From Octopus sinensis (Eukaryota): a stretch of DNA of 64,000 bases. Under the pieces are notes generated by a model that was not told the DNA's origin, searched no databases, and was given only the letters and a program-made list of their open reading frames with translations. Location: NCBI RefSeq assembly GCF_006345805.1, contig NC_043005.1:104222001-104286000 (forward strand), written 5' to 3'. Made by a program: the position numbers and the translations under genes. Of the stretch, positions 1 to 13,277 are shown one piece after another. Each line of letters opens with the position of its first letter. Position 1 is the stretch's first letter.

Positions 1-48
1 CTCGCGTTGTTGTGCTTTCTCTTTGCGTTTTCATGTTTGGATTAACTA
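1..48 (+). repeat. 3' tail of the same dispersed repeat as 29906-30123, running into (TA)n
   Basis: ctcgcgttgttgtg...gtttggattaact matches 30070-30123; both copies end in a (TA)n array. Confidence 0.75.
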
Positions 49-53
49 TATAT

Positions 54-113
<60 letters not shown>

Positions 114-172
114 TATACATATATAGTGATATACATATACATAGTAATAGGGATGAATAACTATATAAATAA

Positions 173-209
<37 letters not shown>

Positions 210-224
210 ATTATTTTATTTTCA

Positions 225-400
225 CTTGTTTCAGTCATTTGACTGCGGCCATGTAGGAGCACCACCTTTGGTCGAACGAATCGACCCCAGAACTTATTCT
301 TTGTAAGCCTAGTACTTATTCTATGGCTTCATTGCCGAACCGCTAAGTTACGGGGACGTAAACACATCAACATCAGTTGTCAATCGATGATGGGGCGGCA
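225..400 (-). mobile_element. SINE, family B (gactgcggccatgctggagcaccgcc type)
   Basis: Aligns by eye with copies at 8691, 9125, 40546 and 62018. Confidence 0.8.
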
Positions 401-424
401 GACACAGAAATACATACATACATA

Positions 425-556
425 CAGTTTCCGTCTACCAAATCCACTCACAAAGCTTTGGTCGGTCCGAAGCTATAGGTGAAGGCACTTGCCCAAAGTG
501 TCTCAAAGTGGAAGTGAGTGCCTAAAAATGTGGTTGGGAAGCAACCCACTCCTGCG

Positions 557-560
<4 letters not shown>
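425..560 (-). mobile_element. tRNA-derived SINE, family A (taggcgcaggagtggctgtgtggtaag head)
   Basis: Reverse complement of the forward copy at 12497-12660. Confidence 0.8.
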
Positions 561-594
<34 letters not shown>

Positions 595-623
595 TATATA
601 TATATAATATATATATTCATATA

Positions 624-657
<34 letters not shown>

Positions 658-1014
658 ATATATATATATATATATATTTCATGATATATATATATTATAT
701 ATATATATATATATATAATATATTATATATTTCAACAATTGAGGGTAAAATTAATTAATTATTAATCAATTTCACCATATTCAGTATGCAAAGGGACCAT
801 TTAAGGCGAATTCAAATTATTACATATATAAAAGGGCTTAGTAAAATAAATTACTTTGCCACATACTGAACTCATTAAAAATAGCAGCTAAAAAAAAAAC
901 TTTTTTAAAACTATTTCCAATACTTAAAGAAAATCTCTCTCATATAGTGTTTGCTCAATTCACTCACGAAAGTATGGGGGTAAAGACATTAAAAAATCAA
1001 ATGCAAAGGTTATT

Positions 1015-1066
1015 TGAGAACGTACGTTTCTAGATTAGTCAACTCGACATTTCTATCATAAGCTCA
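1015..1066 (-). ncRNA. Hammerhead-ribozyme-like motif (G5U core variant), left arm
   Basis: Reverse complement of 1361-1412. Confidence 0.55.
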
Positions 1067-1360
1067 GAACTCCTTGTTTGGATTTGAAAACACTGAAGTG
1101 GGAGCATACCCTTTCGGCTTCTTATCGCTTCTGAAGATCTGCTCGAAACTAACAATGGCCAGCAAACTCAAAATATGCAAGCGAAGAATTTCTGCTCTCC
1201 CCTTTCCACCAGCGTGGGTTAAAATCAGTAAACACTATGCTTTTTCGGTAAAATCCGAGTTTGCTGGCACTGTTAGTTTCGAGCAGATCTTCAGAAGCGA
1301 TAAGAAGCCGAAAGGGTATGCTCCCACTTTCAGTGTTTTCAAATCCAAACCAAGGAGTTC

Positions 1361-1412
1361 TGAGCTTATGATAGAAATGTCGAGTTGACTAATCTAGAAA
1401 CGTACGTTCTCA
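1361..1412 (+). ncRNA. Hammerhead-ribozyme-like motif (G5U core variant), right arm
   Basis: TGAG / CTTATGA / stem II TAGA-AAT-GTC-gagtt-GAC-TAA-TCTA / GAAA / palindromic ACGTACGT / T / CTCA. Confidence 0.55.
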
Positions 1413-1661
1413 AATAACCTTTGCATTTGATTTTTTATGTCTTTACCCCCATACTTTCGTGAGTTGAATTGAGGCAAACACTATATGAGAGAGATTTTCT
1501 TTAAGTATTGGAAATAGTTTTAAAAAAGTTTTTTTTTTAGCTGCTATTTTCAATGAGTTCAGTATGTGGCAAAGTAATTTATTTTACTAAGCCCTTTTAT
1601 ATAATATATATATATAATATATATATATTCATATATATATTATATATATATATATACTATA

Positions 1662-1718
<57 letters not shown>

Positions 1719-2216
1719 TATATATATATATATATTATATATATAAGGGGAAGGAGAGAGAGAGACAGATAGGCAGATTGACAGAATGACAGAGGCAGAG
1801 GCAAAGAGAAAGTGGAAACAGGGGGAGGAGATGGAGAGAGAGAAATAGACAGAGTAAAAGAGAACTAGAATGAGTTGGATGGATAAAGGATCAGTGACAA
1901 ATTATGACGGAAGAAGTGGTTGCAAAAGAGAAAATATCTGGAGGTAACCAAGCCGAAGAGCGGGGATGGGGGTAGATGAGGAAGAAGACGCTGAAGAGAA
2001 GAAAGTGGTGGGGTGGGGGTTTGGAAAGTAGCAGGGTGAATGCAATGAAAGTTTTGTGGCATTTTGTGCAGACAAGTTTCTTAAACAGATATAAAGAAAA
2101 TTCGGTGCATTTCTTGTTGCACCGACATCGCTGCTAGCGCCGACGTTTCATATACAGCAACTGTAGTGTTTTGCCAAAGAAATGAGATATGTATATAGAA
2201 ACAACAGAAAACTCAC

Positions 2217-2340
2217 CGACCGTCACCACCGCCACCAACACTACAGACAAAATCGCACAAAAAGAAAATAAATCTCAAAAAGTATCTACCCACATTCTAC
2301 ACATTAAACATCCCGCACACCTAACAATAAAAACTGACGG
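2217..2340 (-). other. Possible non-coding first exon (Inr-like TCAGTT at 2337-2332, donor CG|GTGAGT at 2217/2216)
   Basis: Consensus donor; CCAAT, TGACG and TATAAG motifs about 130-160 bp upstream; non-repetitive sequence. Motif evidence only. Confidence 0.25.
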
Positions 2341-2733
2341 GGAAAAAACGTAACAAAATGACCAAAAATAGAATAAAAACAGAAGACAATATAACAAAGC
2401 ACAAACACAAAAAGACACAACCCAAAAGCTAACAAAACGAATTGAAATCGAGGCTGTATATGGTGACAAGCCAATAAAGATTCGTCACTCTTATAATTTA
2501 GTGACAGAAATGTCGTTGGTGCTTAATTGAAAGCTTTTGCCAAGACAAACTAATGGCGCCTTATTCTGAGATTTACTATTAGAAACCGAACAATCTTTAA
2601 ACAGATATTGTTCCTGCATCTATTTCAATATATTCTGAAATTATAGACATCTACTCTGCCATTAACAAGCACACATATATCGTATATGCAGATACATATT
2701 CAGATGTTATACATTTGCATATATACCACACAC

Positions 2734-2782
<49 letters not shown>

Positions 2783-3081
2783 TATGTATATTATATATAT
2801 ATACATACAAATTTACACAAACACACAGAATCACATACACACACCTATACTCTCGTACATGTATACATATGCACAGGCATACATGTATATGTATATGTAT
2901 ATATATATATATGCATGTATGTATATATATTATATATATATGTATATATATATGTATATATATATATGGCATATATATATATATATATTATTATATCATA
3001 TATATATATATATTTATAGATGGGGGCTTACGTATATGTGTACGTATATATGCTAGCATCTGTGAGTGTCCATATATCCAG

Positions 3082-3117
<36 letters not shown>

Positions 3118-3959
3118 ATACAGTAGCACATATGCACACACGAAGAGATGTTTTTATCATCCCACATAATACACACACCCACAAATGCACAGTGCCTCAC
3201 AAACACACACACACTTACGCATATATATACATATATATATACACGCTTATACATATATGTTAATATATATATATATATATATATATACATGTTATATACG
3301 TATGTAAATATACTAATTTACGTATATGTGAGCGTGTTTGTACGCATGTTTGTGTTGTGTATGTGCGTATACATGTGTGTGTATGTGTGTATTTATGTGT
3401 AACATAAAACACTCCACAGAGTTATTGATTGACGAGACTGAATTTATTTGTATATACATAGTTAAATGAAAAGCAATCATTGAAATAAATCGATCGCTGT
3501 GCGAGTGTATATGTGTGTGATCGTATGTGTATGTATGTGTGTAAAGGTATGTCCATGTATGTGCATGCGTATGAGTGTGTAAGTATGTTTAGGTGATACG
3601 AGACTGTGTGGCTTTCTGTGTATGTGAATATGAATCTGTGCGTGTGTATTCTGCGGACACCCATTTATACATAATTCTGCTTAAAAACCCGTACTTGATA
3701 TCTACACGCAAACATATATCTTTGCATACACAGATACAAGATTTGTGTACGTGTGTGTGTATTTGTGTGTGCGCGCGCGTACGTGCGTGTGTGAGAAGCA
3801 TGACTATATGCATGCACAGAAAATAAATACAAGAAAAATAAGTTCTGCTTGATGTGCGCGTCATTTGAGCATGTTTAAATGGATGCATGTATGCGTTTAT
3901 ATGTGAATAATGTGAATATGTTTTTATGCTTTTAGGTTTCTGTAAGTGAATATGTTATT

Positions 3960-4380
3960 ATAAACAGACTCACATTTATATTAATTAATATTATTTAACA
4001 TTAATTAATTTACTGTGGGCATGCAAACTAAAATGTACTTTTGATATAAGGTTTTAATTTTTGATTTATAATCTTATTATTTATACCACGGATTCTAAAA
4101 GGAGCCCTTACTTGAAACGACCAACAAAATGAAACCAAATTGAAATGTTTGTCTGTCAATGTAAGTTCCATGATATACTTATAAATATAACGTTAAGTCT
4201 TGTCCCATTCTCAATCACAACTGTCCGACGAACGAGAATGTGAAACTCTGAGTAGCGGTTTTTTGAGATATTTTTTGTGATGTTTTTGCAGCTTTATTAA
4301 TAAAGCATATTACTCTAACTCCTGTATTCGAGTACTATTTTCCCCCACATTGTTTCACATTTATGTGCTTACTCTGGTGT
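3960..4380 (+). mobile_element. Short microsatellite-anchored repeat carrying a hammerhead-like motif
   Basis: AT-rich body, motif at 4219-4260, ends in (TACA)n; same layout as the other motif-bearing units. Confidence 0.5.
4219..4260 (+). ncRNA. Minimal hammerhead-like motif (U4C core variant)
   Basis: AACTGT / CCGACGA / ACG-agaa-TGT / GAAA / ACTC-t-GAGT / A / GCGGTT. Confidence 0.55.
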
Positions 4381-4418
<38 letters not shown>

Positions 4419-4582
4419 ACATACATGCATACATACATACATACATACATACATACATACATACATACATACATACATACGAGGATTACGTTCCTAGAGC
4501 AACACGCGTATATCGGACGTGGCCCATAAAAATGCCAATAAATGTCAAAATATAACGTAAAATATTATATATATATATATAT

Positions 4583-5210
4583 ACTAGCAGTATCGCCCGG
4601 CGTTGCTCGGATTTGTAAGGGAAATAACTATATAAGCATTTTTAGAGAGTTATAGCAAAAAAATAGCAAAAAAATTCATTAAAAATGGAATAAAAAATGA
4701 TGGTAATTTTTTTTAAATCGTTGACTCATCGTAGACATTTTTAGAGAGTTACTTCCCTTATATATAGCGAAAAATGCATTAAAATGGAAAAAATGATGGC
4801 AAATTTTTTTTTAAATCGTAGACTCATGTAGACGCTTTCTTAGCCATTTCTGTTTTGGTGTCTTCAAGCCATGAAGTCGTTGTTCTAAAAGAACGCTGGT
4901 CTCCTTGACAACGCTTTACGACGTTGATTTCCTTACACTCCCTTCCCCACAGGTGCAGGTGTGCGCGTGGACGCCAACTCCGCCGCCATCGATACATGAA
5001 AAAATATGCATTAAAATGGAATAAAAAATGATGTTAAATTATTTTTAAAATCGTAGACTCATCGTAGACGCGCGCTAATAGCCAGACGGGCTCGATATGA
5101 ATCACGACTATAAGATACCCGAATTTGGTTAAACTGCACCGCAAAATGTGGGAGTAGTTAGGAATCTAAATCGAAGGGGACAGACACTCACACAACTACA
5201 GTTTTATATA
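4583..5210 (-). mobile_element. Non-autonomous Helitron-like element, copy 1
   Basis: 3' end ...gagcaacgccgggcgatactgCTAG shared with 51770-52147; sits in (TA)n; internal tandem duplications of about 105 bp. Confidence 0.7.
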
Positions 5211-5336
5211 TCTATATATATAAAATATTTAATGATAATTTAAAAAGTAAAATGTACGGTTACTCACCAATAATGAATGATTGATTTAAGAAGGTGATGA
5301 AAATAATGAAGGTAATGACTGCACAGCAAAGAAGAT

Positions 5337-6849
5337 TTAAATCTCTTCAGGTGACGCCTCTTCTTCAGGTGTTTTAGGGGATGTCGTATCTTCCTGCCAG
5401 GCTTTCTTGGTGGGCTTCAGGAACATTGTGATGGGAAGTTGCTGTCGCTGTTTCTTCATGGTGGTGGGGAGGGTTTTATATGTCTGGATGGCAACATCGA
5501 TAGTATTTTTAAATTGGAGAGGCCGAACCATATAGGCATCCCATGATTCCGCCTTTCCTTGCAATTCCGTTGCTGTCCTTAAAAGGTTGGACAAACGTTC
5601 GACCTCTTCCTCTGGATCTAGCGCTTCCTCCTCCTCTTGGCTGGCAGAGTCTGTTAACTCCGACAAATCTTCGTCTGTCAGGGTTTCAGAGTGGGCATCG
5701 ATGAGATTGTTGACCTCTTCTTACGTGATGTCATCAAAATCATCGCCTCCAAATACCTTTGCCTGTTTCACCACATTGTTCTGAATATCTTCAGGTGAGA
5801 AGCCCTCGTAGTTCTGGTCACACTGTGACCACACCTTCCAGCATACGATATGAATTACTTTTTCATGTCTTTAAGAGTTTGGACTCCCTCGATTCAAATC
5901 CAAAGTGTGACCACCATGTTTATCCATAACAATCAACACCTTGAATTCTATGCATACGTGTTGGAGGTATTCCTTGGCTTGAGGGATGAAGCATTAATGT
6001 AACCAATTCAAAGTTAGACTTTTGAGGTTGGGAATCCAGTGGACAGGCAGCAGGTTTTTATTTTTATTTTTGAAGGCCCTCGGGTTCGTTGACTGGTTTT
6101 ACCATGAAGCCAGCAGCATTGCCACACATAATTAGCGTCTCTCTGTCCTTCTGTACCTTAAATCCTGAGGCTCGAGTTTTGTCCTTCATTATGTACGTTC
6201 TGGAAGGTATTTTCTTCCAGAAAAAGCCAGTCCTTTCCACATTGAAAACCAGTACCGTCATGTATCCCTTGTCCTCGATGATCTGCCTGAAGATCTCAAG
6301 GTACTTCTTGACGGCTTCTTTGTCGCCTGATACTGTCTCTCCATACAGGGAAACACTCTTTATTTTAAACCGTTTCTGGAAACGGTCAAATCGTCCCTTG
6401 GCGACTTGAAAATCTTTGGGCTCCGGTGCTGTCAGTGGTCTTAGTACTTCGATGCCTTCTGCTCCGTCTCCTCTGTCGAACTGCTGGTATGATTTCCGCG
6501 CTTTCTCGCGGAAGATGTTACCACTTAAAGGAATGTTTTTCTTCTTGCAGTTACTGGTCCTCAATGCCAAGGTAGATTCCATCCTGACAAAGTGCTTATT
6601 ATTCACTGTCGTTATCTTTTTGGCACTTTCATAGAAAATTATTTCTACGGTAGACCTGATCGCCACCTCGTTCTTCTTTATGTAGCGTATAGTGCTTTCT
6701 TTTACAACATAACAGCGACCTTCTGCAGCATACCTTTTACCTTCCTGGGGCATATTCAGCAGTTGTACCTTCTCATGGAACGTCATAACTTTTTTCTCGC
6801 GCTTAGGTCCACAGCCAGAAGCCTTAGGTGTAGGACGTTTGGGTGGCAT
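5337..6849 (-). pseudogene. Tigger-type (CENP-B HTH + DDE) transposase pseudogene
   Basis: ORF 6064-6849 (MPPKR...KVQLL...ESTIRYIKK...FKVQKDRETLIMCGNAAG) and C-terminal ORF 5337-5666 separated by stops and frameshifts; TIGD1-like. Confidence 0.9.
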
Positions 6850-7326
6850 CTTAGGGCTTTAATAACATTCTACGAAAAACACAACACTCAACAAAACACT
6901 CGAGATAGCTACTGGATTGGATACAGTTTTCCCCCCAAAAGACGTACAATAAACATCTTCCTAGCGTCTAATATGCGCATAGCACCAATAGGAGGTTCAG
7001 TAGAGAATAATCATGGTTTTGAAAAATTTACTTTGTATTATCACTAGATACAGTAATCTATACTATAACAATAATTATAATAGGAGAGAGAGAGAGGGGG
7101 AGTGGGGGAGAAATTGTCACGAAAGAAGTAATAAAATGTTACGGACGATATTTACGATTCTGCGGTGGTTTCCGCGAACAGTTATTCGTTCCGCAAATAA
7201 CCGGGACCGCGAATAAGCGGGGGTACACTGTAATTAAAAATATATATATACACACATATGTGTATGTATGTATGTATGTATGTATGTATGTATGTATGTA
7301 TGTATGTATGTATGTATGTATGTATG

Positions 7327-7372
<46 letters not shown>

Positions 7373-7440
7373 CACATACATATATATATATATACATATA
7401 TGCATGTGTGAATATATATGTATATATATATATTATATAT

Positions 7441-7483
<43 letters not shown>

Positions 7484-7649
7484 ATATATTTATAAATATA
7501 TATATATATCCGTAGATATACATATGTGTGTGTGTACGTGTGTGTGTGTGTGTCTGTACGTGTGTGGATGCCTGTTAGAGTGAATGTACAAAAACAGATG
7601 GGCACGTGTGGCACGAATTTGTGTGTGAAAGAAACTGCGCGAACATGTC

Positions 7650-7875
7650 ATAAGGATTGCCGGAAAGTGTCTGTAGTGAAACAGGGCTCGTGGGGTCGGA
7701 GCTAAAATCTTGTCTCCTGCCTCATTTTAAGTTTTTTATTTTGTTTTGTGAACTGTATTACCATTCGTATTATCATTCGATTTCATTGTAAATTTTAAAA
7801 CTCATTTTGTGTGTCTAACCCAAAATCAGGCTGTATTGTCCCCTCTATGTTAGCCCCGTGTGAGCAATAAAAAAC
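7650..7875 (+). mobile_element. Probable LINE 3' UTR fragment
   Basis: Ends ...ttagccccgtgtgagcaataaaaaa (polyA signal and A tail); family assignment from recall only. Confidence 0.35.
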
Positions 7876-8690
7876 CCCAGTTATAGGACAAGGTGTAATA
7901 TTGTGATATTACATAATTTTACATTGTTGCATAACCGAACCATTTCACCAGTTAATATCTAGCCTTTTATCGGCAAGGTCCTTCTGAATCACGAAGAGAA
8001 ATATATTTGTAGATAAAAGCACTGAAAGTAAGATTCGTTTAAGGAAAAACTATAAAAAATGTACAAGATTTACAAAGGGTAAGGGGTAGTTAGAATTATA
8101 TCCAATCAATTCACCAAACTTGCAAAGGAAGCAAAATCGGTGAGTGCAGATTTGACAAGCAAGTGCTAATACGACCGTACCATTTAACAGATGAATACTA
8201 AAAGGTGATCAAAGAACGCTTACGGCAATATATTATTTGACAAGTCAACATGATAGCATTACAGGTTCCTTTGTACATCTATGCGGTCAAAATTTGAAGC
8301 CTCTTCACAGACAATGTTTAACATGCTAGAGATAAAGGTATGTCATAAATCAAAATATATTCATCAAATGTTCTGCTTATTATAGGCGCAAACATATACG
8401 CAAACATATCATCACAGACACACTCACATTCCTGTACACACACACACACACATATACATAATTCTCTTTAGAATTTTGCTATTTTAAATGGGTAATACAA
8501 CCATGGATTTATGAATTTCACTGGTGATGGACTTCGACCTCGGCTTTTGATTTCCGATTAGTTGGAGTACAATATCGATCCCAAGACTATTTTGTTAGAC
8601 TGGTGTATTTTCATCTGCAGAGGGTTTCCGAAATATTTCGCCTGGATTAATATCCCTTATTAACCCCACCCTCGTTTTATTATTCTTTTA

Positions 8691-9310
8691 GTTGTTTCAG
8701 TCTGCGGCCAGCCTGGAGCACCGCCTTTAGCCGAGAAAAACGACCCCGAAACTTATTCTTTGTAAGCCTATTACTTATTCTATCCGCCTCCTGTGTAGAA
8801 CCGCTAAGTTACAGGGACGTAAACGCGCCAGCATCGGTTGTCAAGCGCTGTGTGGGGTGGCAAACACAAACACACAAACATATGCATACACACACACATA
8901 CATACCTATATACATACATATATAGGTATGTATATATAATTATATATATATGTGTGTGTGTGTGTATGTGTGTGTGAATGTATGTATGGATGTACATATA
9001 CGACGGGCTTCTTTCAGTTTCCGTCTACCAAATCCACTCACAAGGCTTAGGTCGACCCGAGGCTATAGGAGAAGACGCTTGGTTGGTAAGCAAGTTACTT
9101 ACCACACAGCCACTTCTGCGCATTTCACTGGTATCAGGTATTTGACTGCGGCCATGCTGGGGCACCGCGTAGAAGGATATTAGTCAAACAAATCTACCCC
9201 GGTACATATTTTTTAAAAACCTAGTACTTATTTTATAGATCACTTTTGCTGAACCGCCAGGTTACGAGGACGTAAACACACCAACATCGGTTGTCAAGTG
9301 TTGGTAAGGG
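8691..9310 (-). mobile_element. Cluster of three SINE copies (family B 8691-8860, family A 9001-9113, family B 9125-9310)
   Basis: Each matches other copies in the window. Confidence 0.8.
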
Positions 9311-9376
9311 AATAAGACAGACACAAACACGGGCACAAATGCATACACACGCACACGTATGTATGTGTGTATATAT

Positions 9377-9416
<40 letters not shown>

Positions 9417-9557
9417 TCACCTCACGCACAAACACCCAGGATCATGCTATAGCTTATGACTGAAATTTAGGATTTCTAGGTCTTCTGGTAATCGATTTTG
9501 ATAAAACTTTTCCCAGTTCGTTTGCACACATCATGTTTTCATTATTCTGTGTAAAGT

Positions 9558-9727
9558 AAGGCAGCGAACAGTCAGAATCTTGTGTGAGTTCAAATTCCGC
9601 CGAGGTTGACTTTGCTTTTTATCCTCTCGGGGTCGATAAATTAAGTACCAGTTGCGTAGTGGCGTCGATCTAATCGACTGGCCCCCCCCTCAGAAATTTC
9701 GGGCCTTGTGCCTAAAGTAGGGAAAAG
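9558..9727 (+). mobile_element. SINE family C (aaggcggcgagctggcagaa head) with a 17-bp target site duplication
   Basis: attattctgtgtaaagt (9541-9557) and attattctgtgtatagt (9728-9744), one mismatch. Confidence 0.85.
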
Positions 9728-9904
9728 ATTATTCTGTGTATAGTCCTTTCTTTTGGGGGCGAACCAAGCTAATAGATTTTGAATGGAAATAGCCCATCTA
9801 GACATTTTTTTTTCAGGAAATGAAGGGCAACGATAAATATTAAGCATACATTGAGTATATATTTAACAGAAAACCATAATTATAACATTCATTGACATAA
9901 TGAA

Positions 9905-10832
9905 TGGCCACATGAGCGCCATTTCGACGGATAACTTCAGAAACCTGTCAATTTCTTATTAGTAGCAAGTTGAACTGCCTCTGCTGCAGCTTTGATGGTC
10001 ACCCATAAGACATCTTTCGACGTAAATTGGCGTCCATCGATAGGGTCGAGATCAGAGATGCTGGCGGTCACACCATCAACCGTTCACCTTGTCTGCCGTA
10101 AGACCCTAGGAATGTTTGGCTGGTCCTGGTAGAGTGGGAGGGAGCGTTGTCATGCATGAATACGAGATTCCTTAGAAGTGACAGCGATATGTGATCTAGC
10201 CAGGGATCCAAGACCTCCTTCAGGAGTTTGCAGTAGTCGGCTGCCGTCACTTTGACTCCTTCAGGCACCTTGACTGGGCCAACAAGACTGACCCCAATGA
10301 TACCAGCCCAGAACATGACTCCTCCACCCTGTTGTTCACATCATAAACGTTGGTGACGCTCATCTCCAAAATAGACCCAATCGTTTGCCCAAACGTCAGG
10401 TCCGTCAAGAGTCGCCCTGGTTTCGTCAGTGAACAAAACACAACTCATGCGTAACGTCAGGTACTTTTGGGCCCATTGAAACCTCAAATTCCTGTGACGC
10501 GGGGTTAAGGGAGTCAGTTTCAAGGGTCCTCGCACGGAAGTCATGGTCCCGATTTCTGGTGATTTTCGGTACATGAGGAAGTCCAGAGGCGGTGTTTGTT
10601 CAGGTTTTCCACGTAACTTGCGGCCAATATTCCTTAAATACCTGGCTGTCATAGTCTTGGAGGTTCCACAATTGGATCGTTTCTTCCTTGGTAAAGGGTC
10701 CATCAGGAATCCTCTAACTGTGTCCACACAATGACCTAACTTCTCCACAATGACATGAAGAGAAGTGTCTTTAACACTTTCCTTAATGATAACAGACTTT
10801 TCTTCATCGTCAAGGCCTTTTCCATGTCCCAT
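9905..10832 (-). pseudogene. Tc1 DD34E transposase pseudogene
   Basis: MGHGKGL...VLFTDETRATLDGPD, MFWAGI, FMHDNAPSH and a degenerate WPPxSPDL, with frameshifts. Confidence 0.92.
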
Positions 10833-11112
10833 TGTTCTTTGAGGGGAGAGACACTATTAGCGTGGTTCACCCAAAAGGAAGATACGTAGAACAAGGTGTA
10901 CAAACCATAGTGTGCAAACCAGCTGTGAAAAGTTTTATGAAAATTGATTCACGGAAATACGAAAAATATTTAAATCAGGTAAAATTGGAATATAGTCGTC
11001 TTTTAAATAAAACTTAGACATATATGATATAGTTTATATGTTTGTGTGTGTGTGCGTGTGTGTGCATACACACGCATAACACACATATATATAAACTCTG
11101 ACACATACATGC

Positions 11113-11116
<4 letters not shown>

Positions 11117-11188
<72 letters not shown>

Positions 11189-11204
11189 AATGATGATGAT
11201 GATG

Positions 11205-11275
<71 letters not shown>
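11117..11275. repeat. Compound (TAA)n/(TGA)n microsatellite
   Basis: Direct reading; explains the poly-Ile/Met ORFs. Confidence 0.98.
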
Positions 11276-12000
11276 CGGAAGCACTATTTCATTATTATAT
11301 ATATTTTTGTCCATAAATTCTGCCATCATTAATAAACACGAGTTAAGATCTAATTTCTCACAGAAATGTATTCTGTTATTGCTTTCAAAATGGCAGTCAT
11401 AACTTTCAGCGAGATCGATAGCTTCTATCGACTGACGTCATAATCTGGACTTAACTATCGTAATTGAATACATTTCGAAGATTACATGCAGATTAGAAGG
11501 AAAAGAAAATTAAAGAAAAAGATATAATGCAAGAACGATAGGAGTGAAGTAAGAAGAAAAGAGACGAAGAATGAAAGGAGAAAGAAATAAAGATAGGAAA
11601 TAAAAGATGGATGGATAGAAGGAAAGACGAAGAGGAAAGAGAGAGAGAGATAGACAGACAGACAGAGAGGGCGACAGAGGGAGATCGAGAAGAAGAGATA
11701 GAAAAAGATAGGGGTGAGTTCGGAATATAATTGATTTGTCAATTGACTAAAATAAGTAGCAAAGCATTAAGTGTGTTTTTGAAAAGTTTTACATCGAAGT
11801 TAGAACGATAGTCAATTATAGACATTTTGCTTTTCGCTTATCAAAAGATGTGAAAACGTCTCCATCACTGAAATTGCAGCTACTTTAGTGATTCGTATTT
11901 TGTTGTTTATTTGAAATTAGTCTTATCGTTTGTAAAGCATAACAAAGTATATGTACATGTATATGTATTATGTAAGTATATACACACACACACACACCCA

Positions 12001-12052
<52 letters not shown>

Positions 12053-12129
12053 AATATATACATATATATATATATATATTATATATAGATATTATATATA
12101 TATATTAACTAATAGATATGGTACCATAT

Positions 12130-12181
<52 letters not shown>

Positions 12182-12226
12182 TACTATATACATATATATA
12201 TATATCTATACTATATATATATATAG

Positions 12227-12287
<61 letters not shown>

Positions 12288-12496
12288 TACACACATCAGG
12301 GTTGTCTAAAAGTCACCAGCCAGTAAATCAAACCAATAGGCTTGTATCGCAAATATGTAGGAAAATAAACACTACCCCGAAACTTGTGACCCGAAAAAAT
12401 GATGCGGTATATTGTAATCATACACAAATTTAGCAAATAGGAAAACCAGAATGTTAAGAATACAACCAAACTGTCCATGCATTATAAAGGAAGTCT

Positions 12497-12660
12497 AGGC
12501 GCAGGAATGGCTGTGCGGTAAGAAGCTTGCTTCTCAACCACATGGTTCCAGGTTCAGTCTCACTGCGTAAAACTTTGGGCAAGTGTCTTCTACTATATCT
12601 CGGGCCGACCAAAGCTTTGTGAGTGGATTTGGTAGACGGAAACTGAAAGAAGCCCGTTGT
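12497..12660 (+). mobile_element. tRNA-derived SINE family A
   Basis: A-box-like tggctgtgcggtaag and B-box-like ggttcagtct; body matches 425-560 and 9001-9113. Confidence 0.85.
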
Positions 12661-12673
12661 ATAATATATATTA

Positions 12674-12849
12674 AAGGCGGCGAGCTGGCAGAATTTTTCT
12701 GAGTTCAGATTCCACCGAGGTCGACTTTGCCCTTCATCTTATAATAGAAAGGATTATAAAGAGCTCTGTTTCTGAAACACTTCACATAGGTGCGCAGAAT
12801 GTTCTCGGCCGGATTTGAACTCAGAACACAATGACGAAATACCGTAAAC

Positions 12850-12900
<51 letters not shown>

Positions 12901-12970
12901 CATCATTATTTTTTATTAAAAATTTTTTTTTTGCCCGGCAATGTTAACGATTCTACCAGCTCGCCGCCTT
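12674..12970. mobile_element. Two partial family C SINEs tail to tail; the reverse copy is split by (ATT)n
   Basis: aaggcggcgagctggcagaat at 12674 and its reverse complement ending about 12970; (ATT)n at about 12850-12910. Confidence 0.75.
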
Positions 12971-13204
12971 TTAGAGCGATAATATATTTAAATGTATAAA
13001 TACCGAAAATGAAAAACAACAAAAAACAAAAAAAAAAAAACTAGAAAATATGTATTAGACATGAATATACATACAAATATAGATACATCTATGTGTGTGT
13101 GTGTATTTCACCAAGAAATCATTTTTTCCCCTTAATAGTAAATTCCTCAGAGGCAAAATGTGAATATAAGTACATATATGTATATGTATGTATGTATATA
13201 TATA

Positions 13205-13269
<65 letters not shown>

Positions 13270-13277
13270 TATATATA

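Larger units (their letters stand above)
825..1604. repeat. Long inverted repeat, arms 825-1169 and 1257-1604, spacer about 87 bp; probably an inverted pseudo-LTR pair of a Penelope-like element
   Basis: Arms are reverse complements with roughly eight differences; flanked by (TA)n; each arm carries a hammerhead-like motif. Confidence 0.9.
4481..7230 (-). mobile_element. Tigger/pogo DNA transposon, decayed, with a nested Helitron-like insertion
   Basis: Tigger-type terminus CAGTGTACCCC ending at 7230 followed by TA; transposase relic 6849-5337; left subterminal remnant gaggattacgttcc at 4481. Confidence 0.85.
9430..11022 (-). mobile_element. Tc1-like transposon with long imperfect terminal inverted repeats
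   Basis: aatcgattttgataaaacttttcccagttcgtttgcacac (about 9491-9530) is inverted relative to gtgtgcaaaccagctgtgaaaagttttatgaaaattgatt (about 10909-10949); transposase relic in between. Confidence 0.8.

Noticed and set aside
1128-1165. CTGAAGA...GAAAC motif in the palindrome arm
   Set aside because: No pairable stem II (7 nt) and G at the cleavage position; the better fold is on the opposite strand
7925-7985. Minus-strand CCGATAA...GAAA hammerhead-like trace
   Set aside because: Two core changes and an unpaired stem III
11432-11439. Perfect CRE TGACGTCA (and E-box CACGTG near 30875)
   Set aside because: Isolated 6-8-mers are expected by chance in 64 kb
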